Source: a virus. From it: 16,058 nucleotides of DNA. Under the pieces are notes generated by a model, which saw only the letters and a program-made list of their open reading frames with translations, did not search any database and was not told where the DNA came from. The stretch is from the IMG/VR virus record IMGVR_UViG_3300029523_000035, positions 1-16,058 of that record; one strand, written 5' to 3'. Positions 1 to 7,990 of this stretch are shown here, one piece after another (positions within the stretch are counted from its first letter, which is position 1; every line of letters starts with the position of its first letter). A program made the position numbers and the translations under genes.

Positions 1-65
1 AGAGGGCTTTCGTTATTCCCAATGAGACCACGTCCCCCTTTTGATTAAAAAAGCACGAAAAAATA
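1..65. repeat. Left inverted terminal repeat (65 bp)
   Basis: nt 1-65 are the reverse complement of nt 15994-16058 (64/65; single mismatch 33 vs 16026). Pairing stops at 66/15993. Terminal ITRs are the hallmark of protein-primed linear phage genomes. The end begins AGAG (a 2-nt reiteration). Confidence 0.95.
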
Positions 66-94
66 AAAACAGTCCAATGATAGGACTGTTTTTA
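57..94 (-). terminator. Rho-independent terminator ending the late operon (sequence is bidirectional)
   Basis: Stem ACAGTCC (69-75) / GGACTGT (83-89) with a 7-nt loop. On the minus strand it is followed by TTTTTATTTTTT. It lies 22 nt downstream of the stop of the last gene (117). Confidence 0.7.
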
Positions 95-116
95 TTACAC
101 GAATTAACATCAATTA

Positions 117-866
117 TTAGATTAAATTTGGGTTAATTAATGTGTTAAAATCCATGAAAGTTGTTCCGACTGTGTTGTTTGAAGCTACAACATTTCCGTT
201 TGGTGAAATTTTAAAAGCATCACTTTTTGTTAATGCAGCTGTACCACCAGGCAAATTTGCTGTGTAATTCATAAATAAGCAACCAACAACACGAACAGTA
301 GAATTTAAGTTTAATTCACTCATAATATTACTAGGAATTGTGAAGAAAATCTGTCCTGCGCTAAAGGATAAAGGAGTTGAGCTTACTATTTCTCCGCAGA
401 TAGATAATAAATTTAATAATTTATTGAAACCCACTTTTATCACCTGTCCTGTGTTTCCGATTTGTGCGACAGCATTTGCAATTATCCAGTTTGCGTCATC
501 TAATCTGGCTTTATTATTATTTGCAGTTAATGAAACTGAGTTGGCTGTTTGCTGTGCGCTATCGGCTTTTGTCGATGCTTCACTTGCTGTTGATTGTGCG
601 TTTTTTACGCTTTCCTGTAACCCAGAGACAGTAGTTTGTAAAGTTGTTATGCTTTGTGTCTGCGTCTCCACTGTTTTTTCTACTACACCAACTCTAGCAA
701 TTGCGCTACCTGCATTTTGTGAAGCTGTAGTAGCTTTATCATCTGCCCCATGAATACCAGCGTCAATTTTAGACATATCAGAGTTATAATCACCTAAATA
801 TGTCGGCTTGTCAGTCCCAATATACTGGCTTAACTCATAGTAAGTTGTTTTGTTTGCTGAACTCAT
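117..866 (-). CDS. Tail fibre / receptor-binding protein
   Basis: 249 aa; RBS AAGGAGG 8 nt upstream of the ATG. The N-terminus (YYELSQYIGTDKPTYLGDYNSDMSKIDAGI) is the typical Firmicute-phage fibre anchor motif. A Ser/Thr/Gln/Ala-rich coiled-coil stalk (aa ~45-120) precedes a C-terminal globular head. Last gene of the structural module. Confidence 0.7.
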   Translation of the reverse strand: MSSANKTTYYELSQYIGTDKPTYLGDYNSDMSKIDAGIHGADDKATTASQNAGSAIARVGVVEKTVETQTQSITTLQTTVSGLQESVKNAQSTASEASTKADSAQQTANSVSLTANNNKARLDDANWIIANAVAQIGNTGQVIKVGFNKLLNLLSICGEIVSSTPLSFSAGQIFFTIPSNIMSELNLNSTVRVVGCLFMNYTANLPGGTAALTKSDAFKISPNGNVVASNNTVGTTFMDFNTLINPNLI

Positions 867-886
867 AATTTTTTGTCCTCCTTAAT

Positions 887-1726
887 TTATAATTTTAATG
901 CTGTTTTAGCGTTACTATCGAAGATATAAGCACTTAGTGCTTTAGCTTCAAACCCTGTTACAGTTAATAATAAAGCGTCAAATTCGCTAGCTGTGATAGG
1001 GTTATTAAAGTGCAACTCCGCGAGTTTATAAATAACATCTTGATAAAATACATATTTTCCACTAAAAGGGTCATGCATATATAAGTTACTATCAACGCGG
1101 AATCTTTTTGCGCCATATAAATCAAACTCTGAGCAGTTAATCAATAAACTGTCAAACTCTGCACATGTTAAATTTAATGAATCAAACTCGTTACATGTTA
1201 AAGCATAATAACGTAAATTATCATACATATCGGCTAATGCTTGATTTAAACTTGTACGATATCCCTTGACAGGGTTTAACACTTCCATATTATTTGGGAT
1301 ATACTCGTTAATATAATCATAGAGTTTTTTTACCTCTGTATCAATATGTGCGCGTGTTTCATCGTTTAAGTCATATATCAGTATATTTAACGCACTGATT
1401 TTATTAAGAAGATTTGTCTGCACTTTATTGATTTTTTCATCAAGTTCAGTATCTTTAGCGTTCATATCCTCTCGGATATTTTTTTCTACTTCTGTGATAT
1501 GCTTATATATATCAGTGTTAAGGCCGTCAATGTATTTTTTCAATCCTGCGATTTTTTCATCTGTATACTGTTTGTATGCATCTGTAAAACCGTTGATTGC
1601 TTCGATACATTCGTTGACTTTATACCCGATATAACACAAACATTCGTAATAGCTCTGTTTATTGCTATATACACTAGGCACATCGCAACAAAGTAAAGGG
1701 ACTAAAGGTTTTAACTCTTCTACCAT
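887..1726 (-). CDS. Tail fibre/appendage protein with coiled-coil and repeated TxxEFD motifs
   Basis: 279 aa; RBS AAGGAGGTG. It sits in the gp12 (appendage) position after the collar genes. It has a central heptad-like region. The motif (L/I)T(C/A)xEFD(S/A)L occurs three times in tandem (aa 175-202) and again at aa 244-270. Confidence 0.6.
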   Translation of the reverse strand: MVEELKPLVPLLCCDVPSVYSNKQSYYECLCYIGYKVNECIEAINGFTDAYKQYTDEKIAGLKKYIDGLNTDIYKHITEVEKNIREDMNAKDTELDEKINKVQTNLLNKISALNILIYDLNDETRAHIDTEVKKLYDYINEYIPNNMEVLNPVKGYRTSLNQALADMYDNLRYYALTCNEFDSLNLTCAEFDSLLINCSEFDLYGAKRFRVDSNLYMHDPFSGKYVFYQDVIYKLAELHFNNPITASEFDALLLTVTGFEAKALSAYIFDSNAKTALKL

Positions 1727-1743
1727 ATACTTTCACCTCCTTT

Positions 1744-2496
1744 TTACCAAACTTTCATGAATAAATCACGACAAGCTTCTACAAGTTCTCTATTGATATT
1801 CTGTATTTGGTTTCGATATTCTTCGATAGCTTCGCTTGTTGATTTACCTCTTAGTCCTATCTCTTTTGTCTCTCTGTCTCTTTTGCTGTCTTTGTTGTCG
1901 TTTCCTGCATGATTATTTTTTGCACTTGTTGTAGTATTATTAACAGTCTCACCTCTACTCATAGCACTTGCATAATCTTGTGTTGCTACGCTAACTTGTG
2001 GGTTATCACTATCAATATTTTGGTAATTTTGGTTGTTTTTTACTTCGCTTTGTCCTGCATCTGTTGAGTTAGTCGTTGTTTTTTCGTTTCCTTTTTCTGC
2101 TTCTGTGGTTGTTATATTGACATTTGTAAAAGGGTTATCGTTTTGAATTGCATTATACAGTTTTGTATAATATGGCATCAATTCATGCATTTTTGCCATA
2201 AAAGCTGTTTTCCACATTCCTAGAGTTTCAAAGCCTATATAATTATTCCAATACCTAAGTAAAAAGTATGTTTTAAAAGTATACAGGTCTTTTCTATCCT
2301 CTGAGTAAAAAGGAAAATCAAAGTCAAAAAATTTTCCCTGTGTTTTGTCAATGATTCTTTGTACGGATAAGTCCATGCTCCATAGTTCTTGGGTCGGAAT
2401 AAAGCTTTCACAAATATCTTTGATTGTTGTAGTGTATTTACTCAATCTCGTCACCCTCTTTCCCTTTTTGCATATACTTATCGGGTATATATCCAT
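1744..2496 (-). CDS. Lower collar protein (phi29 gp11-like)
   Basis: Lies directly downstream of the portal gene. The FDFDFPFY...YFLLRYWNNYIGFETLGMWK...MPYYTKLYN region resembles lower-collar proteins of small podophages. The start is uncertain: ATG 2496 has no SD and overlaps the portal gene by 59 nt. In-frame TTG 2445 (SD GAGGGTGA 5 nt upstream, overlapping the portal stop) or GTG 2454 are better candidates. Confidence 0.7.
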   Translation of the reverse strand: MDIYPISICKKGKRVTRLSKYTTTIKDICESFIPTQELWSMDLSVQRIIDKTQGKFFDFDFPFYSEDRKDLYTFKTYFLLRYWNNYIGFETLGMWKTAFMAKMHELMPYYTKLYNAIQNDNPFTNVNITTTEAEKGNEKTTTNSTDAGQSEVKNNQNYQNIDSDNPQVSVATQDYASAMSRGETVNNTTTSAKNNHAGNDNKDSKRDRETKEIGLRGKSTSEAIEEYRNQIQNINRELVEACRDLFMKVW

Positions 2497-3337
2497 TAAT
2501 CATGGTAGGAAGCTCACTGTTAAAGTCAACTGTCACATTTAGTCCCCATAGTTCATTGATAGTGTTTGCGCATCTTCTTCTTAATGTCAGTCCTACATTT
2601 CTATTAGCTTCAATCTGACCGTTGTTTCCTGCCGTTTCACCTGTAACAAGCCGTTCTCCTTTTTCTACTGGGTTACTTTCATAACCTAAAGATGTCAATA
2701 CTTGTGACCATAAATCTCTTAATTCTTGTTCGCATTTATCTACGATATAAGGAGCGCCCACATCCAGAGCTTTAATATCTTTCAAGTTTAATGAATCGGA
2801 AACTTTTAGAACAGGTAAATAATTATCGTACATTTCTCCCAGTATTTCAAAGCTCATTTTTTCGTTGTCAGAAGAAGAAAGAGCAACAGGCGTACGCTGT
2901 GCATACATATTAATATCCTTTGTTTTCCAAGTATTCGCCATTGCATCGGCATACATCAATGCCTTATAGTAATACGGCATAGTTGAGTAGTTATTCCATA
3001 AGATACAACTGTTTTCTTTACCGTATTCTTCAATATACCCATTTGCAGTATAAGCGATTCTGTCTTGAGGGATATTATAAATATCTGGTAAACCCGATAA
3101 TGAAACATTCATGAATGCATACCCTGCAATATTGTCCTTGATGAATACACCCAAACCGTGCCAAAATAAGGTTTGTTCAATGTACATCGGTAAAATTTCT
3201 TTTGGTAGATTATTCCATTTGTACCTGTTTACAAAGATATCGAAAATATCATAAAAAAAGATAGATTTTATTATTTCAAAATCACTGTTTTTCTTTTTAT
3301 TGATATTTCGTTCGAAAACTCGTAACGGATTTTTCAC
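2438..3337 (-). CDS. Portal / upper collar connector protein (phi29 gp10-like)
   Basis: 299 aa. By-eye matches to phi29 gp10, ours vs gp10: YKWNNLP vs FEWENLP, AQRTPVAL vs AQKTPVLI, GAPYIVDKC vs DAPYVVDKL, KGERLVTGET vs KKERMVTDEV, INELWGLNVTVDF vs INELYGLNVKVKF. Size is similar (309 aa in phi29). Confidence 0.9.
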   Translation of the reverse strand: MKNPLRVFERNINKKKNSDFEIIKSIFFYDIFDIFVNRYKWNNLPKEILPMYIEQTLFWHGLGVFIKDNIAGYAFMNVSLSGLPDIYNIPQDRIAYTANGYIEEYGKENSCILWNNYSTMPYYYKALMYADAMANTWKTKDINMYAQRTPVALSSSDNEKMSFEILGEMYDNYLPVLKVSDSLNLKDIKALDVGAPYIVDKCEQELRDLWSQVLTSLGYESNPVEKGERLVTGETAGNNGQIEANRNVGLTLRRRCANTINELWGLNVTVDFNSELPTMINGYIPDKYMQKGKEGDEIE

Positions 3338-3353
3338 TTATATACACCTCCTT

Positions 3354-4970
3354 TTAGTTATTTAATAACCCGTAATTCCCTATATCATCAGTATGCCACA
3401 AAGTCACGCCATTGTCAAATATATTTCTCAATTTTTTCAATTGGTCTAAATCAATATCACCAGTAAATCCGCAATGAGATGTCTTTACGTAATTCCAATA
3501 GGCTCTTGAGTGTAAATAAGGGGTAGCGATTTTATTAATTGGATACCCGAACTGTTCAAAAAAGCTGTCTGCCATTTCTGCAAATTGCCTTTTACATGAC
3601 ATCTCGTAGAAGTCAACGCCACACTCTTTGATACCTGTCAATACATTTTCTGACAAAGCTTTTCCATGTGTAACCCCAGCGTTTCTGGCTCTGTCTGTCT
3701 GATTTGCTAACATTCCAAGAGCGTCCCAAAAAGCGTTCGTTGTTTTACCTAGTCCATTAAGCCCTCCCTGTAAACTTCCTCCTGCTAACCCTGCTATCGC
3801 TGTGCCTGTCCCTATGGTAGCATCAATGGCAGTATGGACTTGTGATAGGGCTATAGAACTTTTGTTTTGAGCTAGCCATGCACGATATGTGTCAGAGGAG
3901 AACGAACACATTGGAAAAGAGGAGTTAATAAGCGCTTCATTCATTAGTCCATGCCCTAATTCTTCGCGCGTCTTATAGTTTTTAGGTGCTGTGAGAACTT
4001 GTGGCAATGTTGCGATTGTCCCGTAGCTGTCAAATTCGAGAGATTTATCCCGATTATAACTGTATTCATATCTATATATATGTGTGTTCCCTTGATTGTT
4101 GTCAGCTAGACAGAATAGCCATGGGTAGGAGTATAACTTTTTATTTTTTGGTTTATAACCCTCAAAAACATTGTCAGATATCTGCATACTTGTTATTTTA
4201 GGCTTGATTTCTTTCCCTCCTAGAGCAAGTGTACATAATTTTGGAGACATGAACAATCCTACGACGGCATCTTGTGCGCCTTGATTGTTATAATCTTCTA
4301 ACAGTGTGTTAATTCCTTTTAGTCCCTCGTCTGTGGTTACATCATAATGACCGATGCTCCCCCAACAGTACACACCATTTTCTACTCGACCCTCAAACCA
4401 ACTTTGTTCCGCTGTTCCTCTTGTGACAAAGGCGCAACACTCCGTTGGTGTCAAATCCAATTTTTTATGCCGTGAAACGATAGTTTCACCTGTCTCTAAA
4501 TTTACTGGAATTAAATTTGCGCCGATAGAGTCGGCACTTCGTGGTATATGATGATATTCGACAAAACAAGGCTTAATATTTGCATCGTAAAAGTTATTCT
4601 GAAAAACATCTAAAGAAAAATTAATTCTAGTTGTTTTTTCGGATAACCACTCGATAGAGTCGATAAAACAAAAAACCCACTCGTTAGATATCCCACTATT
4701 TTGAAAAGCTAAATAATTGAGATTAAGTGCTTTCATCTCTGTGAATGGTACACGGATATCATAGTTTCCTATTCGAATCGGTGCAAGGTGTGACAAATCA
4801 ACATTATTAATATGTTTTCGGTAAGATTCTAGGTGATTTAATAAGTCCTCTTTTGAGTTGTATAATCTGACATGCTCATATTCGTTAGACCATGGTACTC
4901 CACTATACAATCTTAATTTTGTTTCGGGGTTGCGTGGTGCAACCCCTCCTTGAACTGGTAAATTTATCAT
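3354..4970 (-). CDS. Tail knob / distal tube protein (phi29 gp9-like)
   Basis: 538 aa. The N-terminus VPWSNEYEH matches gp9 VPFSNDYKN. The C-terminus FGYPINK...NYVKTSHCGFTGDIDLDQLKKLRNIFDNGVTLWHTDDIGNY closely matches gp9 YGYKINR...[41 protein letters not shown]. It has a Gly/Ala-rich loop region as in gp9. Confidence 0.9.
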   Translation of the reverse strand: MINLPVQGGVAPRNPETKLRLYSGVPWSNEYEHVRLYNSKEDLLNHLESYRKHINNVDLSHLAPIRIGNYDIRVPFTEMKALNLNYLAFQNSGISNEWVFCFIDSIEWLSEKTTRINFSLDVFQNNFYDANIKPCFVEYHHIPRSADSIGANLIPVNLETGETIVSRHKKLDLTPTECCAFVTRGTAEQSWFEGRVENGVYCWGSIGHYDVTTDEGLKGINTLLEDYNNQGAQDAVVGLFMSPKLCTLALGGKEIKPKITSMQISDNVFEGYKPKNKKLYSYPWLFCLADNNQGNTHIYRYEYSYNRDKSLEFDSYGTIATLPQVLTAPKNYKTREELGHGLMNEALINSSFPMCSFSSDTYRAWLAQNKSSIALSQVHTAIDATIGTGTAIAGLAGGSLQGGLNGLGKTTNAFWDALGMLANQTDRARNAGVTHGKALSENVLTGIKECGVDFYEMSCKRQFAEMADSFFEQFGYPINKIATPYLHSRAYWNYVKTSHCGFTGDIDLDQLKKLRNIFDNGVTLWHTDDIGNYGLLNN

Positions 4971-5203
4971 TCAATTATGACCTCCCTATCGTGGGCAGTT
5001 ATTAATTCTTTATCATTTATTAGCTTAATGGCTACTTTAGTTTTAATAGTTTGTTTCTTATCACAAGGTTTAAATAATACAGCGTTTAAACGGTTATCTA
5101 AATAGTAATATGATGTATCTCTATCCCAATGTAAATTTGAGCCGTCGTTGTTGTATATATCAGTAAAGTACAAATCTTTAATTAAATCGTTTGGGATAAA
5201 CAA
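4967..5203 (-). CDS. Small ORF in the head-fibre (gp8.5) position; probably not independently initiated
   Basis: 78 codons starting from a TTG with no SD. The same frame stays open, with no ATG/GTG/TTG, through the whole 104-nt gap (5204-5307) and into the 3' end of the capsid gene. Its stop overlaps the tail-knob start (ATGA). See the frameshift finding. Confidence 0.4.
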   Translation of the reverse strand: MFIPNDLIKDLYFTDIYNNDGSNLHWDRDTSYYYLDNRLNAVLFKPCDKKQTIKTKVAIKLINDKELITAHDREVIIE

Positions 5204-5307
5204 ATTTGTGTTATTGGCTAAACCAAGCTTATTCTTATTATATTTATTTAATTTTAGTTTAAAAGATGTAACATAGTCATAATAATCTATAGATTTAATA
5301 CTATTAA

Positions 5308-6579
5308 TTACATCTGTTTCGTAAAATTTACAGTCTTTGTGATAGTCTCGTCTGGTCTGTAGATTGCTTTTAACACAATAGTTCCTGTCTCGTCCGCTCC
5401 CGTATGAAGTAAATGTGTCCCTGGGATAACGTAAGTCTTTGCTGAGGTTGCACCGCTGTCAACTTCAAGAGTCACCAAATTCTGATGATACGTGCCAGTT
5501 CCACCTGCCACAGTAACCTCTACTTCCTGCGTCTGCCCAGCTGTATATGTTCCAGCTGTAACACTCAGTGTCGGCTTTTCAACCACAGCGTCTGTTGTAA
5601 ATACGCGAATTGGGTAGAAAGGACTTGCACTGACCATTTCCACCTGTGTATAGAAGTAATTCCAAGATAAGACGTTTGCAAGTCTTTGGTCTGTCATCTC
5701 TTTGAACTGGTCGCGGACATTGAAGAATCGCACATCACAAAGAACTCCCTGTATAGCGCTATTTGCAAATTTGTCTACAATCACTGTCTGAACTGCTACG
5801 TCTGCCTTGTCCATATGGAATGCATACGCTAAAGCGTCAACACTAATCTGTGCGTTAACTTCCGGTGTTGTAATCCAAATCAGATTCGTTGGCATAGCGT
5901 GTGACGTTGCTCCCGCCGGGTTGTTTTCCGGTAATGGGAAGCCAAACTCTCCGACAGCTCGCTTTACCTCAATCAATAACTTTTTCGCTGATGCTTCATC
6001 TACAATCGCGTCAACAGTCACTGCCGGAAGTACCTCTTTTTCATACCCCACATTAATTAAATCACGCATAGCGAGATACTCATCCCAGTTCGCCCCTGTG
6101 ATAGCACTCTCCATTTTTGCCATAATCATATCACGGATGCCATACTCACTTGTAAAAGCTTTTCTCAAGTTGTCATATGTAACCGTGACTGGGTACTGAA
6201 TTTCAAGATTTACATTATGAAATACGCTCATGATGTAAGACTGATACTGCTGAAAAGCGAATTTAAAGTCTGCCTGTGAATCATAGACACGACCTTTGCA
6301 CATATTTACATAAGTTTCTTCGTGTGTCTCACCATAACGCATTGGCTCTTTCTTAAATCGTGCTAACGGATTTCTCCACGCGATACTGTCCACCGTCTGC
6401 ATACCGATGCGGTTAATTAATGACGGAACAATTTCGTTCCGAACAGGGGCAAAATTCAGAATGTTATCATAGACAGCCTGTAAATTGTCTGAGACTTCCA
6501 CAGGCAAGTGGTTCTGAACCTCGAAAGAAAGCTCCTGTTTGACTGCTTTTAAAATGTTTTTATTTGTTGCGTCTGCCAT
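5308..6579 (-). CDS. Major capsid protein (phi29 gp8-like, HK97 fold) with C-terminal Ig-like domain
   Basis: 423 aa; RBS AAGGAGG. SLINRIGMQTV...NPLARFKKEPMRYGETHEETY matches gp8 SLVDRIGLVVI...[21 protein letters not shown], and VDALAYAFHMDKADV matches VDVLAKAFNMNRTDF. The C-terminal ~90 aa (TLSVTAGTYTAGQTQEVEVTVAGG...) looks like a BIG2-type Ig domain, as in gp8. Confidence 0.92.
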   Translation of the reverse strand: MADATNKNILKAVKQELSFEVQNHLPVEVSDNLQAVYDNILNFAPVRNEIVPSLINRIGMQTVDSIAWRNPLARFKKEPMRYGETHEETYVNMCKGRVYDSQADFKFAFQQYQSYIMSVFHNVNLEIQYPVTVTYDNLRKAFTSEYGIRDMIMAKMESAITGANWDEYLAMRDLINVGYEKEVLPAVTVDAIVDEASAKKLLIEVKRAVGEFGFPLPENNPAGATSHAMPTNLIWITTPEVNAQISVDALAYAFHMDKADVAVQTVIVDKFANSAIQGVLCDVRFFNVRDQFKEMTDQRLANVLSWNYFYTQVEMVSASPFYPIRVFTTDAVVEKPTLSVTAGTYTAGQTQEVEVTVAGGTGTYHQNLVTLEVDSGATSAKTYVIPGTHLLHTGADETGTIVLKAIYRPDETITKTVNFTKQM

Positions 6580-6593
6580 TTGTTAAAACCTCC

Positions 6594-6878
6594 TTACTCT
6601 GTCTTACCGTCAAAGTCCAAATCTTCAACGGTAATTTTTTCTTCTGTTTCGTCTTTTGACTCGCCTTTATCATCTGCACGAGTCGTACCCTCTGCCATTT
6701 TTTCCTTAAAGCGCTTTTTATACTCGCTCTCTAGCTTTAAATACTTGTCTTTCCATTCGCTGTCTGTTTCTCCGTCTCTTTCTCCCTCATAATTCTGTAA
6801 AACTTCAATCGCGTCACCGTGTTCCTCAACGTCTGCTACAGCGTCAATTAATTCGTTTAAAGCTTCATTAAAATCCAT
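6594..6878 (-). CDS. Scaffolding protein (phi29 gp7-like, by position and composition)
   Basis: 94 aa, very acidic (Glu/Asp/Lys-rich) and predicted helical. It lies immediately upstream of the capsid gene, as gp7 does in phi29. RBS AAGGAGGA. Confidence 0.6.
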   Translation of the reverse strand: MDFNEALNELIDAVADVEEHGDAIEVLQNYEGERDGETDSEWKDKYLKLESEYKKRFKEKMAEGTTRADDKGESKDETEEKITVEDLDFDGKTE

Positions 6879-6920
6879 GTAAATATCCTCCTTTTTATTT
6901 ATTACCCTTTTACAGTTTTA

Positions 6921-6949
6921 ATTATATCACCACGGAAAGAAAAAGTAAA
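6921..6949 (-). promoter_or_regulatory. Candidate sigma-A promoter ahead of the scaffold/capsid genes
   Basis: On the minus strand: TTTACT (6949-6944), 17-nt spacer, TGaTATAAT (extended -10, TATAAT = 6926-6921). The -35 lies inside the 3' end of the upstream gene. Confidence 0.45.
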
Positions 6950-7934
6950 GAGGCATTTTTTTCTTTTTTCCATGTGGGTGTACTGGGTATGGCGATAATG
7001 TCTGTAAATACGCATACCATTTTAACGCGTTCTTTTTTCTTTCCTCTTCTTTTTCAACTCCTGCACGCTCAAAATTTTTTAAAAATACAGACGCGAGATA
7101 ATCGGGTTCTTTTGTGGACTTTCGAAACTCTTCCCATGATACTGGATATTTTATTGTTTCTATCCATTGTCCACTACTTACAGTTTCTTCATCAAGCCAA
7201 ACACATTGATAATAACCATCTGTGATATCGTACCCGTGAGCGTTCGCCCAATCTGTATAGACTGTAGCTGGTGTCCACTGTACAAGACCATAGCCACCAT
7301 TATAGTTCCCCTCTTTTAAGGACTGCCATAATTCAGGGTTGATATTAGATTCTATCTCCATATTCCCCAACATTCCTGCAATGGCGTTCAAAGTGAAATC
7401 TTTGAAAAACATGGTACTATAGAAAACATAAGCATTGTTTTTCATCTCATCTTCTGTAAGATAACGGTTTCCATGAATCCATTCAAGGGGCATTCCTGCA
7501 CTGTCGCCATAACGATATATCTTTGTCCATGCGGACGGTTTGGAAACATATGTATTAATGCTGACCTGCTCGGGTAATGGATAACGCCCACTGTGCGCTC
7601 CCATAGTGACACCGCCACCCCCAACGCCGTTCCCACTATACACCATTTCTGTATGACCACTACGCCATACAATGTCCCCTGCCTGCCAAGCCTCATTGAT
7701 ACTAATCTCTTTAAATCCTGCCTGTAATAGATATCCCTCCTCTGTTCTTGTGGTGAACCATGGATTCACTGAAAAGAACCCACCTTCTGTAAGTGCTTTT
7801 GAAATAAAAGAGCTACAGTCATAATAAGTAATACCGTTCACGGTCTGTCCTCTTCGGTATTGCTGAGAATATCCAATGTTGGGGGCATTGCACGCATTGA
7901 CCGCCCACTGATAGGCTACATTAATATTTGGCAT
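6927..7934 (-). CDS. Tail-associated peptidoglycan hydrolase (NlpC/P60- or CHAP-like peptidase plus phage tail lysozyme domain; gp13 analogue)
   Basis: 335 aa. The N-terminal half has the Cys/His peptidase signature (YYDCSSFISKAL ... GDIVWRSGHTEMVY). The C-terminal half has the phage tail lysozyme-type motif (AGMLGNMEIESNINP ... GGYGLVQWTP). Its position between the lysis and morphogenesis genes parallels phi29 gp13. Confidence 0.8.
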   Translation of the reverse strand: MPNINVAYQWAVNACNAPNIGYSQQYRRGQTVNGITYYDCSSFISKALTEGGFFSVNPWFTTRTEEGYLLQAGFKEISINEAWQAGDIVWRSGHTEMVYSGNGVGGGGVTMGAHSGRYPLPEQVSINTYVSKPSAWTKIYRYGDSAGMPLEWIHGNRYLTEDEMKNNAYVFYSTMFFKDFTLNAIAGMLGNMEIESNINPELWQSLKEGNYNGGYGLVQWTPATVYTDWANAHGYDITDGYYQCVWLDEETVSSGQWIETIKYPVSWEEFRKSTKEPDYLASVFLKNFERAGVEKEEERKKNALKWYAYLQTLSPYPVHPHGKKKKMPLYFFFPW

Positions 7935-7950
7935 TTGCTATCCTCCTTAA

Positions 7951-7968
7951 ATGTTTCACGTGAAACAT
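7951..7968. promoter_or_regulatory. parS: parS-type site (perfect 18-bp palindrome ATGTTTCACGTGAAACAT)
   Basis: The core TGTTTCACGTGAAACA (7952-7967) equals the chromosomal parS consensus TGTTNCACGTGAAACA. It lies between the endolysin stop and the RBS of the tail hydrolase gene (AAGGAGG starts 2 nt away). Confidence 0.85.
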
Positions 7969-7970
7969 TT

Positions 7971-7986
7971 TGTTCCACGTGAATAA
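7971..7986. promoter_or_regulatory. Degenerate parS-like site (14/16)
   Basis: TGTTCCACGTGAATAA matches TGTTNCACGTGAAACA at 14/16 positions. It lies 2 nt from the perfect copy. Confidence 0.5.
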
Positions 7987-7990
7987 AAAA

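Noticed and set aside
22-38. The GAGACC / GGTCTC (type IIS restriction-site-like) sequence in the ITRs as a sign of an engineered construct
   Set aside because: It is a single 6-mer per ITR in an otherwise natural genome organisation. Chance occurrence is adequate, and no vector-like sequence is present.
7442-7696. Minus-strand 84-aa ORF nested inside the tail hydrolase gene
   Set aside because: It is out of frame within a gene whose product has clear peptidase and lysozyme motifs. It has no RBS and an odd composition.
7951-7968. Reading the palindrome as a cre (CcpA), Rex, CRP/FNR or CodY operator, or as a phage-specific operator
   Set aside because: The half-site arrangement TGTTTCA-CG-TGAAACA does not fit cre (TGWAANCGNTNWCA), Rex/CRP (TGTGA-N6-TCACA) or CodY (AATTTTCWGAAAATT). 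It matches the parS consensus at 16/16 positions. A phage-encoded binder is not excluded and is kept as the alternative hypothesis in the findings.
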